A stretch of DNA of 64,000 nt from Eledone cirrhosa (Eukaryota), in contig OZ024740.1 of the NCBI GenBank assembly GCA_964016885.1, positions 172,608,001 through 172,672,000 on the forward strand. The letters run 5' to 3'. Below the pieces are notes generated by a model. It saw nothing but the letters and a program-made list of their open reading frames with translations. It did no database searches and had not been told where the DNA came from. Position 1 is the stretch's first letter. Every line of letters starts with the position of its first letter. The position numbers were made by a program, and so were the translations under genes. Shown piece after piece: positions 1 to 11,930 of this stretch.

Positions 1-159
1 TTTGTGGAGAAAGCCCATTAAAAAGCTACAGTGACCCTGACCACCAGAAAAACATTACAGACGGCACTGGACGGTACAGGGCGGTACGATGTGGGTTTTG
101 TGCGTGTAAAGATTTTTATTATTTATATAAGAAACGAAAGAGAAAAAAAACATAGAAAC

Positions 160-660
160 ATATATATATATATATATAAACAATAAAAATGAAAAGTCAA
201 ACAATGAAAAATTCCCCAATAGGAAAAATATCCTCCGATGGTTACTCGTGGCGAAAACCACACAAAAGACCACGGCCACCATGACCACCAGGGCAAGCGC
301 CCTCTCTCAATTTTTTCCTATTCTTCAAACTACAAGCGTATATTCATAGCGGTCTCGTTCACTCGGACCATTCTCGCTACATTCACCCACCTTTCCACAA
401 ACTTGCTAGAAGACAGCACTTGCCTCTCTACCCTGATTTTCCTCTTCAAGTGAAACTTGAAAAAGTTAATCAGGGATTCCCCGAAGAGGAAAGTGTCTGT
501 CTTTAACCCTTTCAACCTTTTCCACCACACAATCTCTTTCGCCATGGCCACCAGGCAGATGAAAACAGCCTGCCCTCCCTCCTCGAAGGAAGAAGGCGAG
601 ACCTTCTGCACAATGGACTCAGTCGATAACCGGATTGGCATAGCTCCACAAGTCAGAAAA
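160..660 (-). mobile_element. L1/Tx1-like LINE 3' fragment
   Basis: Minus ORF 330..641 (AMAKEIVWWKR...FKFHLKRKIRVERQ...FVERWV) resembles the AK..IW..R...F...W C-terminus of L1/Tx1 ORF2. It is followed by a T-rich putative 3' UTR. Confidence 0.45.
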
Positions 661-676
661 TTATGAATGTTGGGTT

Positions 677-1064
677 TTTAAAACAATAGCGTAAGATCTT
701 CAAAATGCTTTTAATTAAGCATACAGTGTATTGCAAAATACACTATATATACATTCATATATATATCACTATTTCAGAGCACCAATTCTAATTTTCAATT
801 TTTGCTGGACCGGCAACCGCTCTGTATAATCAGTTCCTGATTATTACTGGAATTCTATAAGAATCCAATATTCATAATTTTCAACAAACAAAGGGAATGC
901 TAAGCTCTGAGGAATATCAAAAGTATGCAACAGAGATCTGTCAGCTTATCTCTCTTTGTTGAAAAAAGAAGTAAGTGACATAGTCAGTACTTTAAAACAA
1001 TAGCGTAAGGTCTTCAAAATGCTTTTAATTAAGCATACAGTGTATTGCAAAATACACTATATAT
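677..1064 (+). mobile_element. Non-coding PLE/retrozyme-like unit with 74-bp direct terminal repeats (period 314)
   Basis: TTTAAAACAATAGCGTAAG...AAATACACTATATAT occurs at 677-750 and 991-1064. The unit contains a hammerhead at 901-948 and ends in (TA)n. Confidence 0.65.
901..948 (+). ncRNA. Type I hammerhead ribozyme, GCAA core variant
   Basis: Reads taagct CTGAGGA atat-caaaa-gtat GCAA caga-ga-tctg TC agctta. All three stems pair and the site is GUC, but GAAA is changed to GCAA. Confidence 0.7.
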
Positions 1065-1156
1065 ATATATATATATAAGCAAGAAAGTGTTGGTAAAATC
1101 CAGTACTTCAGTATGCGGATAGGGAGCACTCAACGAAGATATAAGTTCCGGAGTTA

Positions 1157-1293
1157 TAATTGTTTCTACTTTTGGCACAAGGCCAGCAATTATCTCAGTG
1201 TATTACTGGTACTTTATTTTATCGACCCCGTAAGGATGAAAGGCAAAGTTAACCTCGGCGGGATTTGAACTCAGTCCGTAAAGGGGCGTAACT
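1157..1293 (-). mobile_element. tRNA-derived SINE, 5'-truncated, 16-bp TSD
   Basis: Reverse complement of the 45773 SINE. TSD GTTCCGGAGTTATAAT at 1145-1160 and 1294-1309. Confidence 0.9.
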
Positions 1294-1458
1294 GTTCCGG
1301 AGTTATAATAGTGACGAAACATAAGTCAATTGCATGAACTCATAATCCTTTATTTACTGCTATATATATTTCGATGATAGCCATTGAATGGATATGACCC
1401 AAGGCTCTGATACCATCAACACTATAAACACAGAGCTGGCATATCTAAGAACTGACTA

Positions 1459-1514
1459 ACTGCCTGATGAGGTCATAGCCATTCAATGGCTATCATCGAA
1501 ATATATATAGCAGT
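1459..1514 (+). ncRNA. Type I hammerhead ribozyme
   Basis: Reads actgc CTGATGA ggtcatagcc...ggctatcatc GAAA tatata TA gcagt, with a palindromic stem III. Confidence 0.9.
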
Positions 1515-1560
1515 AAATAAAGGATTATGAGTTGAGTTCATGCAATTGACTTATGTTTCG

Positions 1561-1595
<35 letters not shown>

Positions 1596-1596
<1 letters not shown>

Positions 1597-1706
1597 GGAA
1601 AAAGTTTAACCCCGACGGCAGAGTTCAAGCAGTTTCGACGGCTATTTAGTCCAGAAATAGCCGTCGAAACTGCTTGAACTCTGCCGTCGGGGTTAAACTT
1701 TTTCCT
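1596..1706. repeat. Perfect 52-bp inverted repeat (family B fold-back) in (TA)n
   Basis: Arms 1596-1647 and 1655-1706 are exact reverse complements with a 7-nt spacer. Same family at 1824, 19803, 24316 and 41502. Confidence 0.9.
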
Positions 1707-1721
1707 TATATATATATATAA

Positions 1722-1946
1722 TGACGAAACATAAGTCAATTTCATGAACTCATAATCCTTTATTTACTGCTATATATATTTCGATGATAGCCATTGAATG
1801 GCTATGACCTCATCAGGCAGTTAGTCGAAACGGCTTGAGCTCTGCCGTCGGGGTTAAACTTTTTCTTATTACCCACTCTACTACCCTAAGTATTGACTAC
1901 TTTGTTGCGTTATGGTCCATCTGGTTCCTTACCACACTTCCTTCGT

Positions 1947-1947
<1 letters not shown>
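1722..1947. mobile_element. Chimeric insertion: family A arm (minus) fused to family B 3' end (plus)
   Basis: 1722-1826 matches family A and 1824-1947 matches family B. The junction shares GTC, and (TA)n lies on both sides. Confidence 0.8.
1766..1821 (-). ncRNA. Type I hammerhead ribozyme
   Basis: Reverse complement of the 1459-1514 motif, with an intact core. Confidence 0.9.
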
Positions 1948-1979
<32 letters not shown>

Positions 1980-1982
<3 letters not shown>

Positions 1983-2323
1983 GAATAGAAAACGAAAAAT
2001 CAGTGATGCATCTGAACTCAATTTATTGTCTGTTACAATTGTTTTGCCAGCGGACAGCTGGAGACGCGATCATTGTGTGGATCTGTTGATTCTGGACCCG
2101 CAGGTTCGACGGACACGTCTAATTATTTCGGAGCATGAGAGAATATGGTCCGAAATAATTAGACGTCTTCGAGTTGTCCGCCGGGGAAACAATTATAACA
2201 CACAATAAATTGAGTTCAGATGCATCACTGATTTTTCGTTTTCTATTCTATCATACTCTGTTCTGTAAGAGCATAGAGTGCTCAACCACCATACCGCCTA
2301 TGGAAGCATCTTAGCTACCATCA

Positions 2324-2324
<1 letters not shown>
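1980..2324 (+). mobile_element. Fold-back non-autonomous PLE with degenerate long-stem-II hammerhead
   Basis: Arms at 1980-2066 and 2164-2251, with an inner hairpin at about 2115-2166. Contains CTGTTGA...GAAA caatta TA acacacaa, and the tail has GAGTGCT at 2276. Confidence 0.7.
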
Positions 2325-2368
<44 letters not shown>

Positions 2369-2372
<4 letters not shown>

Positions 2373-2543
2373 GAGAGACGTAAAATAAGAAAATTATATA
2401 ATTTTCTTATTTTACGCCTCTCATATTATTGTTCTGCAACCCCATGCATTGAACCACAAAGTTACTAAGACAAAACCTATATATTTGCTAGCATTGATAT
2501 GCATCTGTATGTATATATATGTTACTAGATATTAATTCTTTAT
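2369..2543 (+). mobile_element. Short fold-back element (family F)
   Basis: Palindrome at about 2369-2425. Shares two segments with 20457-20952 in permuted order. Confidence 0.65.
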
Positions 2544-3315
2544 ATATATATATATATATATCGTGTTATCGAAAGGGAGGTGCTGATTGGGGGGCCTTGA
2601 TGACGTTGGGTGGTTCTCAACTTTGGTGACTGAACTTAACTTGGAATGCGGATCGCACTGGTACACTCACGACTCAGCTCCAGTTATAACAGAAAATAGG
2701 AATATGCAGAAAATAGTAACAAAGGGAGTTGGAAATAGGTTTCACATTTTGGAAGATAACATTAATTCAGAATTCTACGAATTTAATTAAATATAAATTA
2801 AGTTAATTCAGTATATTTCAATTTAAAAGAAATCTTGATTGCAACCGAACATTACTAATATATTCATTAAAGATGAAAGAATGGTATTTAACTAATTGAT
2901 TTTGTTTTTTCAAATGTATTTTAATTATTTTAGCACCAATGTATGCCTGTTAAACAATGATCACACTGTATTTCTTTAATCTGAAAGCTGACTCATTCAC
3001 CTATATTTACCCTTGAAAATATTGACAACACCTACACTGATTCTCCTGAAGTTGTTTGATGTTTTCCCTTTTATTCATGTTTACAAATGTGTCTTTGATA
3101 ATATTAAAACTTCAGTTACATACATATATACATACATATATACTTACATATATACATACATATATACATACATATGTACATACATATGTACATACATATA
3201 CACTTACATATATACATACATATATACATATATACATACATATATACATAATACATATATACATACATATATACATACTTATATTATACATACATACATA
3301 CACACATATATATAT

Positions 3316-3570
3316 AGTGGTAAGAGTGTTGGACTTACTATCATAATGTCGTGGGTTCGATTCCTGGGCTGCGTGTTCTTGAGCAAAACACTTCATTTCA
3401 CGTTGCTCCAGTATACTCAGTTGAAAATGAGTACCAGCAATAGCTGGAGTTTTAACCCTGCGATGGACTGGCGTCCTGTCTAGGGGGAGTCTTGTACTCT
3501 CAGTCGCTTCACGCCATGAAACCGGGATAAGCAGCGGCCAAATGAGCCTTCTGGCTTAAGACAGACTTTA
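3316..3570 (+). mobile_element. tRNA-derived SINE (CORE/V-type body)
   Basis: A box GTGGTAAGAG, B box GGTTCGATTCC, then TTGAGCAAAACACTT and CCTGCGATGGACTGGCGTCCTGTC blocks. Confidence 0.75.
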
Positions 3571-3935
3571 GATTTCTTTTTAGATATATATATATATATA
3601 CATATAATGATACATACATGTATACATACATATATTTTACATACATATATCTATAATATTATAAAGCTGAGCGTCGTATGTATGTATTATGTATGTATCC
3701 TACACACCTCTCTATAATTTAACTGCTTTACTCTGTCTGTCGTTCTTCAGAGAGAGACAGAGAGCGACAGAGAGAGACAGAGGGGGACCAGCAAGTGATC
3801 GATTTCAATGACGTTAAATCAAGTATCGGCATTAAAATAATTTTGAAATAAACAATGTGTATGATCAAATGTAGTGGTGATTGAAAAATAACGTTCATTT
3901 ATGTGGTATATCTTTCATCTGTCGTCGCTCGCATA

Positions 3936-4085
<150 letters not shown>

Positions 4086-4208
4086 TTTCACACCTGATTT
4101 CGCTAATTGCCGGATAACATCAAAATAAAACACACAGACACACACATGCACATTCACACATACACAAACACACATACACATACATAAACACACACACACA
4201 CACACATA

Positions 4209-5150
4209 TCTATATTTATAAAGCTGACGGTCGTATATTTGTATGTATGTATGTCGGTATGTATGTATGTATGTATGTATGTATGTATGTATGTATGTAT
4301 GTATGTATGTATGTATGTATGTATGTATGTATGTATGTATAAATGTATGTCAGGTCACCAGTTGGTGCTACTGGTAACATGCATCCCAGTACAACCTGTC
4401 TCATGGTCGGGTCGTTGGCGACTAAACTGGCAACCCCACCAAGGTTTCTTGGTGAGGAAGTTGACTTTGGATATCCTGCAAGACTAAAAACAAAACCTGT
4501 CAAAGGGCAAAGGAGCTCTTAAGAGTCAATGGCCATCCAAAATCACCGGGAGAGATGACCCCTTAGCCTTTGTCAAGGCAGAATTCTAGGAGAAGGAAAA
4601 CTCTGATATAACACCTGCAACTCTGATGGTATCCAATGATGTTGACTTGTTCTTCTTTTTGGTAAATATCATCTTGGTTAAGAGAGTGGGACTGGCTTTG
4701 TACAGTGCCTTTGCTCACTATAAAAGCTTCACGGCACAAGCATTGCTTTATATCTGGAGATCTCTCTGCACTTGTCGTCACATGGTACCATGCGCCCAGC
4801 ACTATGTGTCAATAATTGTCACAAGTGTAGTGTTTGTACCAGAGTTTTCAAGTCGCTGGCTGGACTAAAAAGTCACACTCGTTCAGCGCATCGGTAGGGG
4901 TTCTCCTACATGGATATAAAGTAGTGGCCGTACTCGAAAACGAGTTGGCAGCCACCATATATGTATGTATGTATATTAAGAACACGGCTTAACTCTTTCT
5001 TTTTAAACTCATTTCTACGGTAGCTCCTCTGCTTTGCTACGAAGTCGGAAGGACAATGTGACACGGGAGGGGGTGTGGTATCTTTGCCGTATCTTTGCAG
5101 TGGTGGGGGCAGGTACACCTTACAAGGCTCTGACCGGACGGGCCAGCTAG
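4209..5150 (+). mobile_element. Non-autonomous Helitron-like element hosting a nested retroposon
   Basis: Starts A|TCTATATTTATAAAGCTGA (a similar start is at about 3650) and contains (TATG)n. Ends in a GC hairpin plus CTAG|T at 5147-5150. Confidence 0.55.
4351..4957 (+). mobile_element. ~607-bp non-coding RTE-ended retroposon, copy 1
   Basis: Near-identical to 5714, 39928 and 49005. Has the RTE 5'UTR-like CTAGGAGAAGGAAAACTCTGA and a 3' hairpin ACTCGAAAACGAGT-TGGCAGCCACCA like the RTE end at 44735. Flanked by (TATG)n. Confidence 0.8.
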
Positions 5151-5374
5151 TATATTATATATTTATATTTACATACATAAGAACATACATACATACATAC
5201 AAACATATATACATACATACATTCCTACATACACACATACCTACGTACATACTTGCATACATACATACATACATACATACATTCATACATACATACATAC
5301 ATACATACATACATACATACATACATACATACATACATACATACATACACCCACCCACACACATACACACACAC

Positions 5375-5405
<31 letters not shown>

Positions 5406-5713
5406 CATACACACACACTTGACAGAGAGAGGGAGGGATGACAGGGAGAAAAATAGAGACGAGGACAGACGGGGAAAGAGAGAAATTATTTGATTGATCG
5501 GTTTTACAGCCACTGTTGTACTCTCTCTGCCTCTTTTTTTTTTTTTCTACCTCTCTACATCCCTTATTGCCATAGTTTCCAATGTCCTGTTTGAAGTCTC
5601 GCGGAACTCACGTTTCTAGTTCTGTTGTTTGTATTACTGTTGTAATTGTCAGGTAGCAAGTCCTGTATATCTCATTTTTATACACTCTTTCTTGGTTTTT
5701 GTATATACATACT

Positions 5714-6319
5714 TGGTGGCTGCCAACTCGTTTTCGAGTACGGCCACTACTTTATATCCATGTAGGAGAACCCCTACCGATGCGCTGAACGAGTGTGACT
5801 TTTTAGTCCAGCCAGCGACTTGAAAACTCTGGTACAAACACTACACTTGTGACAATTATTGACACACAGTGCTGGGCCCATGGTACCATGTGACGACAAG
5901 TGCAGAGTGATCTCCAGATATAAAGCAATGCCTGTGCCGTGAAGCTTTTATAGTGAACAAAGGCACTGTACAAAGCCAGTCCCACTCTCTTAACCAAGAT
6001 GATATTTACCAAAAAGAAGAACAAGTCAACATCATTGGATACCATCAGAGTTGCAGGTGTTATATCAGAGTTTTCCTTCTCCTAGAATTCTGCCTTGACA
6101 AAGGCTAAAGGGTCATCTCTCCCGGTGATTTTGGATGGCCATTGACTCTTAAGAGCTCCTTTGTCTTTGACAGGTTTTGTTTTTAGTCTTGCAGGATATC
6201 CAAAGTCAACTTCCTCACCAAGAAACCTTGGTGGGGTTGCCAGTTTAGTCGTCAACGACCCGACCATGAGCCGGGTTATACTGGGATGCATGTTACCAGT
6301 AGCACCAACTGGTGACCTG
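5714..6319 (-). mobile_element. ~607-bp retroposon, copy 2 (inverted relative to copy 1)
   Basis: Reverse complement of 4351-4957 with few substitutions, flanked by CATA repeats. Confidence 0.85.
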
Positions 6320-6337
6320 ACATATACATACATCCAT

Positions 6338-6402
<65 letters not shown>

Positions 6403-6468
6403 CACACACACACATATATATATATAAGTGAGTGTGCGTGTGTATATATATATGAGTGGGTGGGTGTG

Positions 6469-6507
<39 letters not shown>

Positions 6508-6509
6508 AT

Positions 6510-7426
6510 ATATATATATAAAACTGAGGATGTCTGTCTGTGTGTGTGTTTGTTTGAATCCCTAAAACTCGAGAAGCACCCAACCGACTGTTTTCAAACT
6601 TTACGTATGTAATACTTATGTTTGAGGGAGTGTTCTGAGCAAAAACAAATTTCAAAGTTGTAATTCCCTAGGGACCGCATTAGGCGATTTAGCGATCTCT
6701 CTCTATAATTCTTAGCCTTTCTCTTTTTAGATAGATACATACATATAACGTCACGCCCATATAATATCTGTCTGTATGTCTGACTGTCTGAATTACGTCA
6801 CTTCCCTGAGGATGTCTGTCTGTGTGTGTGTGTGTCTGTGAGTTTGAATCCCTAAAACTCAGAAGTACCCAACCGACCTTTTTCAAACTTTACATGTGTA
6901 TTACTTATGTTTCAGGGAGTGTTATGCACATAAAATTCAACTTTTTGAACCCCTAGGGCCCGCATTAGTTGAAAAACTGCGTTTTTAAGGGTTTTTAAGG
7001 GTTTTTAAGGGTTTTTTTTAGTCGTTACGTCAGACTGATTTCCTTGAAATTGTAACTATGTATTAGTCAGTCTCTTCTTCATACCGTGAGCAAAGAAAAT
7101 CCAACTTTTTTATGACCTAGGGCCCGCATTAGGTGAAAAACCTCATTTTTTTCAGCTTTTTATGGCTTTTTGGAGGCGTTACGTCTAGCCCGAATTTTCA
7201 AGGCATATTATGCACATAAAAAAAATTCATTTTGTTGATCCCCTAGGTGAAAACCTGCATTTTTCCTGCTTCATCGAGGAAAATCTTAAAGATTATCCAG
7301 CCATCAGAGTATTCAGTTTATTTTCTTTACATATTGTCCACGCATGCAGTTTTTCCACGATTAGGTCTGTTGGCGGCCCGCGTTCCAAAATACCTTATCC
7401 CGTGCAACGCCGGGTACCACTGCTAG
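6510..7426 (+). mobile_element. Non-autonomous Helitron
   Basis: 3' hairpin CCCGTGCAACGCCGGG followed 8 nt later by CTAG|T. Starts TATATAAAACTGAGG plus a short microsatellite, with an internal ~165-bp direct repeat (about 6524 and 6807). Confidence 0.75.
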
Positions 7427-7806
7427 TATATATATATATGAGTGTGTGTGTATATATATATATATATATATTTGTGTGTGTGTGTGTGTGAGATTGTGTG
7501 TGTGTGTGTGTGTATGTATGCATGTGTGTATGTATGTGTGTGTCTGCGGGCGTGTGTTTTTATATATGTATGAGTGCATATACTTGTTGTAAATTATAAA
7601 CTGGCATATGTTATACAGGTTGCAAACATCTGAGAAAGGCCGCTATACTTCAGTCAATGCGTGACAGTTACTTGCAAAACATACACGCATACACATACAC
7701 AGTCACACACAATAAATTTATATGTATGTACGTATGTATGTATGTATGTATGTATGTATGTATGTATGTATGTATGTATGTATGTATGTATGTATGTATA
7801 CATGTA

Positions 7807-8414
7807 CGGTCACTCTTGAGTGCTACTGGTAACATGTAACCCAGTACAACCTGTCGCATGGTCGGGTCGTCGGCGACAAAACTGGCAACCCCACCATGTT
7901 TACTTGGTGAGGAGGGTGATTTTGGACACCCTGCAGAACAAAAAACAAAACCTGACAAAGGGCGGAAGAACTCGTAAAAGTCAACGGCCATCCAAAAGTG
8001 TGTAAATATGTATATGCACATGTACATATATATGTATATGTGTATATATACATAGGTGCATGTGTATGTATATGCGCGGGGACATAGAAATAGTCGGGCT
8101 GGACACGCGATCGCGCGGTTAAACCACTGGGAGTGAAGGACCCCTAACCTTTGTCAGGGCATTTTTCTAGGAGAAGGCAACTCAGGAAACTGGGATAACT
8201 CCGATATAAAACCTGCGGCTCAGTAGTTACCGCTGATGTTGATCTTTTCTCTTTTCGGGTTATAGCTACTGTCGCTCAGAGAGTGGGATTGGCTCAGTGC
8301 ACAGTCTTTCCTCACTTTAAAAAATATCTTCACGCACAGGCATTGCACGATAGAATTAATTAATAATGGTATATCGTGCAATGGCCATACTCGATAACGA
8401 GGGGGCAGCCATCA
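7807..8414 (+). mobile_element. Diverged subfamily of the ~607-bp retroposon
   Basis: Same 5' hairpin array, TTCTAGGAGAAGGCAACTC block and 3' ACTCGATAACGAGGGGGCAGCCATCA. Internal microsatellite at about 7998-8075 and (TATG)n flanks. Confidence 0.75.
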
Positions 8415-8460
8415 TGTATGTATATATGTATGTAGTATGCATATATGTATGTATGTATTA

Positions 8461-8690
8461 CGTGAAGGTGTGTGGTTCAGTGGTTAGGGTGTTCGGCGTA
8501 CGCTCGTAAAGTCGATATTTCGATTCTCGCTCAGGATGGCGTTTTGTGTCCTTGAGCAAGACACTATATTTCACTTTGCTCCAGTTCACTTAGCAGTAGA
8601 AAATGAGTTGTACCTCTATTTAAAGAGCCTTTGTCATATACTGTATCACGCTGAATCTCCCTGAGAACTATGTTAAGTGTGTACGTGCCT
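8461..8690 (+). mobile_element. tRNA-derived SINE (CORE-type), diverged
   Basis: TGGTTCAGTGGTTAGGGTG A box, TTCGATTC B box, and GTGTCCTTGAGCAAGACACT. Confidence 0.7.
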
Positions 8691-8787
8691 ACATGTATGT
8701 GCCTATTTATGTATGTATCCATGCATATATTCATGTATGTATGTATGTATATATGTATCTATTTATATAAGTATGTATGTATGTATG

Positions 8788-9745
8788 TTCTTCTGGTTTT
8801 ATAATTTCACAAAGTTTTACCAATTAGTAACATAGACACAAGACTCTCTCATTGGAATTTACACAACATCAACTAGGTAGATATATATGTGCATGCATGT
8901 GTAGATATGGATGTTATTGTATGTGTGGAATTGTATGTTTTTAGTTGTATGTGTGCATGTGTATATGCTTTGCATCTGTATATGTGTATATGCAGTTATT
9001 AGATGCAAAATGTTTGGAATGTTTTACATATTTTTACTGTTCCATTAATGGATTGTACTTGTAATTTCCTAACTAGTTGTGTTCTTCCTGTTCCTGTGAA
9101 GCCTAGCTTCTCAAGATTTGTTTTGAGGCAGTTACTAACATATCCCAGTGCCCCAATAATCACAGGCATAAATCTGAAGGTGTAATCAGGGTGGAGTATC
9201 TGCAGATTTCTCATCAGTTCTGCATAAATGTTCTCCTTTTCACTAATCTTTGATATTATATTGGTGGGCAGCTAATTTCCACTACTGTGCATGCTTTCTT
9301 CTCCCTGTCCCATATCATAATATCTGGTCTGTTATGCCTTCATTTTATTGGGGTTTTTACTGGAACATTCCACCAGTACTCTTTCATATTATGTACATGG
9401 ATGTCTTCCACATTGCTGTAGCTTTTAATGTGTTTATTATCGGGGCTATCTTTTTTACGAACTGCATTGTACAGTGTTTTGGCCACTACATCATGCCTCA
9501 TCGATAGATAGTACCGCGATGACATCTTTGGACAGCTGCTGATGACATGGGTGATATCCTCGATGTTAGTTCTGCAGAGTCTGCACTTGTTATCACATCT
9601 AGGTGTTTTGCCTGCATCCCTATCTCTTTTGTGAATCAGGTATTTTGTGCTAATCTCCTGTTCCTGGATTGCAAAAGCGTATCCTTCAAAGTGGGAGCCA
9701 ATATAGCGGTTGTTGGTCCAAGATAGACTACTTTGTGCGTGTGAC
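8788..9745 (-). mobile_element. R4/Dong-clade RLE retrotransposon, 5'-truncated (second family)
   Basis: AIQEQEISTKYL, a CRLC..EDITHVISSC zinc knuckle, RHD and MPVIIGALG. The 3' UTR ends in (TACA)n. Confidence 0.85.
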
Positions 9746-10471
9746 AAGGTTGTCCCTTTGAATTACTATTACAACTCGTTTTTTCCTATCTAGACAGATT
9801 GGAAAAGCACGAAAGAAAGTGTTTTGCTCAAGTACACGACGTCTGCCGTGTATGGAACTCATGCCATTACGATCATGAGCCGAACAGAGTCTATTGACAC
9901 TACTGACAACGTAAATATTACGAAATACTATATTGTACTGCTAGAGAATCTCTTTATAGATTGCTTGGTTGATTTAGCATAGAACCATGAGCCCTTAACT
10001 CCTGATTGAATCGTAGGATTCGACGTATCTTGGGTATTTCAACCTGTTGGAGCACATCCCTCACCAGGAATGAACACAGCCGATTTCTTCCAGTGAAAAT
10101 GAAAGTGAGGGCGAGAAACCGAGAAAGAGAAATATAGGAAGGAGTGAACTCACCACTGGAATAATACTTTTCTTTTACTCGCCCTCAGAGCGCAGATAGC
10201 TGGAATGAACACTGCAAAGCATTCCACTCGACGTTCTAACAACTGAGCTAACTCGCCACCTTGATCTACTTAGCAGAGACTGAATATAAAATTGCAGCAC
10301 GTTCTTTCCCCGTCATTGTTTTTCTCCCATTGTTTTCAACATCCTGTTTGAGGTTTCGTGGCACTCGTTCTTACTACTGCTATTATGTTTTTTTTTTTAT
10401 TCGTATTGGTGTCGCCGATAGATATAGTGTTTTATTAAAGAAGGTCCGGCGTTTTGTCAGTTCATATGTAT

Positions 10472-10787
10472 GTTCTTCTGGTTTTATAATTTCACAAAGT
10501 TTTGCCAATAGAGAGAAAGTTGGTTTTTAACATAGATACAAGTGTTTCTCACTGGAATTTACACAACATCAACTAGGTAGATATGTATGTATGTCTGCAT
10601 GCATGCATGTGTAGATATGGATGTTATTGTATGTGTGGATGTGGATGTTTTGAGTTGTATGTGACCATGTGTATATGCTTTATCTGTACATGTGTATATA
10701 CAGTTATTAGATGCAAAAGTTTTGGAATGTTTTACATATTTTTACTGTTCCATTAATGGATTGTACTTGTAATTTCCTAACTAGTTA
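10472..10787 (-). mobile_element. 3' end copy of the 8788 R4/Dong family
   Basis: Matches 8788-9080 (ORF end ...KICKTFQNFCI plus UTR). Confidence 0.85.
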
Positions 10788-10790
10788 TGT

Positions 10791-10833
<43 letters not shown>

Positions 10834-10920
10834 GTATGTATGTATGTATGTATGTATGTATGTATGTATGTATGTATGTATGTATGTATGTATGTATGTA
10901 TGTATGTATCTCTCTCTCTC

Positions 10921-10994
<74 letters not shown>

Positions 10995-11019
10995 CATATA
11001 TACATACACACACACACAT

Positions 11020-11064
<45 letters not shown>

Positions 11065-11559
11065 GAAAAGAAATCGAAAATGCAACTGGAATCTTTATTT
11101 ATTTCCTTTGCCGGTTTCATAGTTCCTATGCTTTTCAAAAGTAAAATTGAGATGGAGAGTTTGTGGTTTGTCTCGCATCTGGTTCGTGTTCGAAAGTTCT
11201 TTCTGTTTTATATGGAAAGAGTGGCTCGAATTGCTGGGGTTGTTTTTTTTTAAAAATAACAATAGATTATAAAGATTATAAAGTAATATATCTTGAATAT
11301 TTGTGTGCGTCTGAATATTGACTATGTATGTATATGTGTGCGTAAGCATGCGTATATTAAATGCAATTGTTACTAAACATTTGAAAACAACACAAGTATA
11401 ACACATTACAAGCGTTTCGTACGAAGAAAGCTTCATGTGGCATTTAACCCCCCCCCCCCCCCACACACACACACACGGGTCCATAGAGAACCCAACCTCG
11501 CTCGAAGAAAACCACATATCTCTACAAATATGTCGGCTCTCATCCAGCTCCAGAAGCCG

Positions 11560-11930
11560 TTATTCCTACTGCGAAAGATATCTTCTTGCATTGTACAGCT
11601 TTCATGGTCTCTAACCTCCCAAACTGCAACTCCTCTTTTTGGTCTTTTGTCAAAATAATCTCTACTAAATCCTTTCGTCTACTTCGCAACATTGATGATT
11701 CTGTAATAATTATTCCTAATGAGAAGGCTACGATATTTGCTGCCTACTTTATTGTACTCACTAGATTAAACTTCCTCCCAAACTATTCCTTTCTACTCTA
11801 TCAGACTCATCATTATGCAACTTACAGGCTAAATAGGTGAAGGCCAACAGCTCTAAAAATGTCACTTCAATTTCATTCAAATAATGCTCTCTTGAGCTAG
11901 TCCCTATTTTTCCAGTATCGAGCAACAGAG
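11560..11930 (+). pseudogene. Degenerate CR1/Jockey-like LINE ORF2 fragment
   Basis: SSFWSFVKIISTKSFRLLRNIDDSV...NEKATIFAAYF matches the FW..K...KA..FA..F tether region. Confidence 0.5.

Larger units (their letters stand above)
1079..1562 (-). mobile_element. Fold-back non-autonomous PLE (family A), interrupted by a SINE
   Basis: Inverted arms at 1313-1399 and 1471-1562. The 3' tail 1079-1160 is similar to the tail of 15672-15990, and the right arm carries a hammerhead. Confidence 0.8.

Noticed and set aside
1454-1826. One large local inverted duplication explaining the 1454-1826 cluster
   Set aside because: Diagnostic differences (the GAGTT duplication, the TGACG start and the absence of the (GA)n tract) show the parts are not copies of each other.
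4563-4868. Recurrent ~80-aa ORFs (MVSNDVDLFF..., MLGAWYHV...) in four places
   Set aside because: They recur only because the repeat copies are young. There is no recognisable domain, and they are not kept in the diverged 7807 copy.
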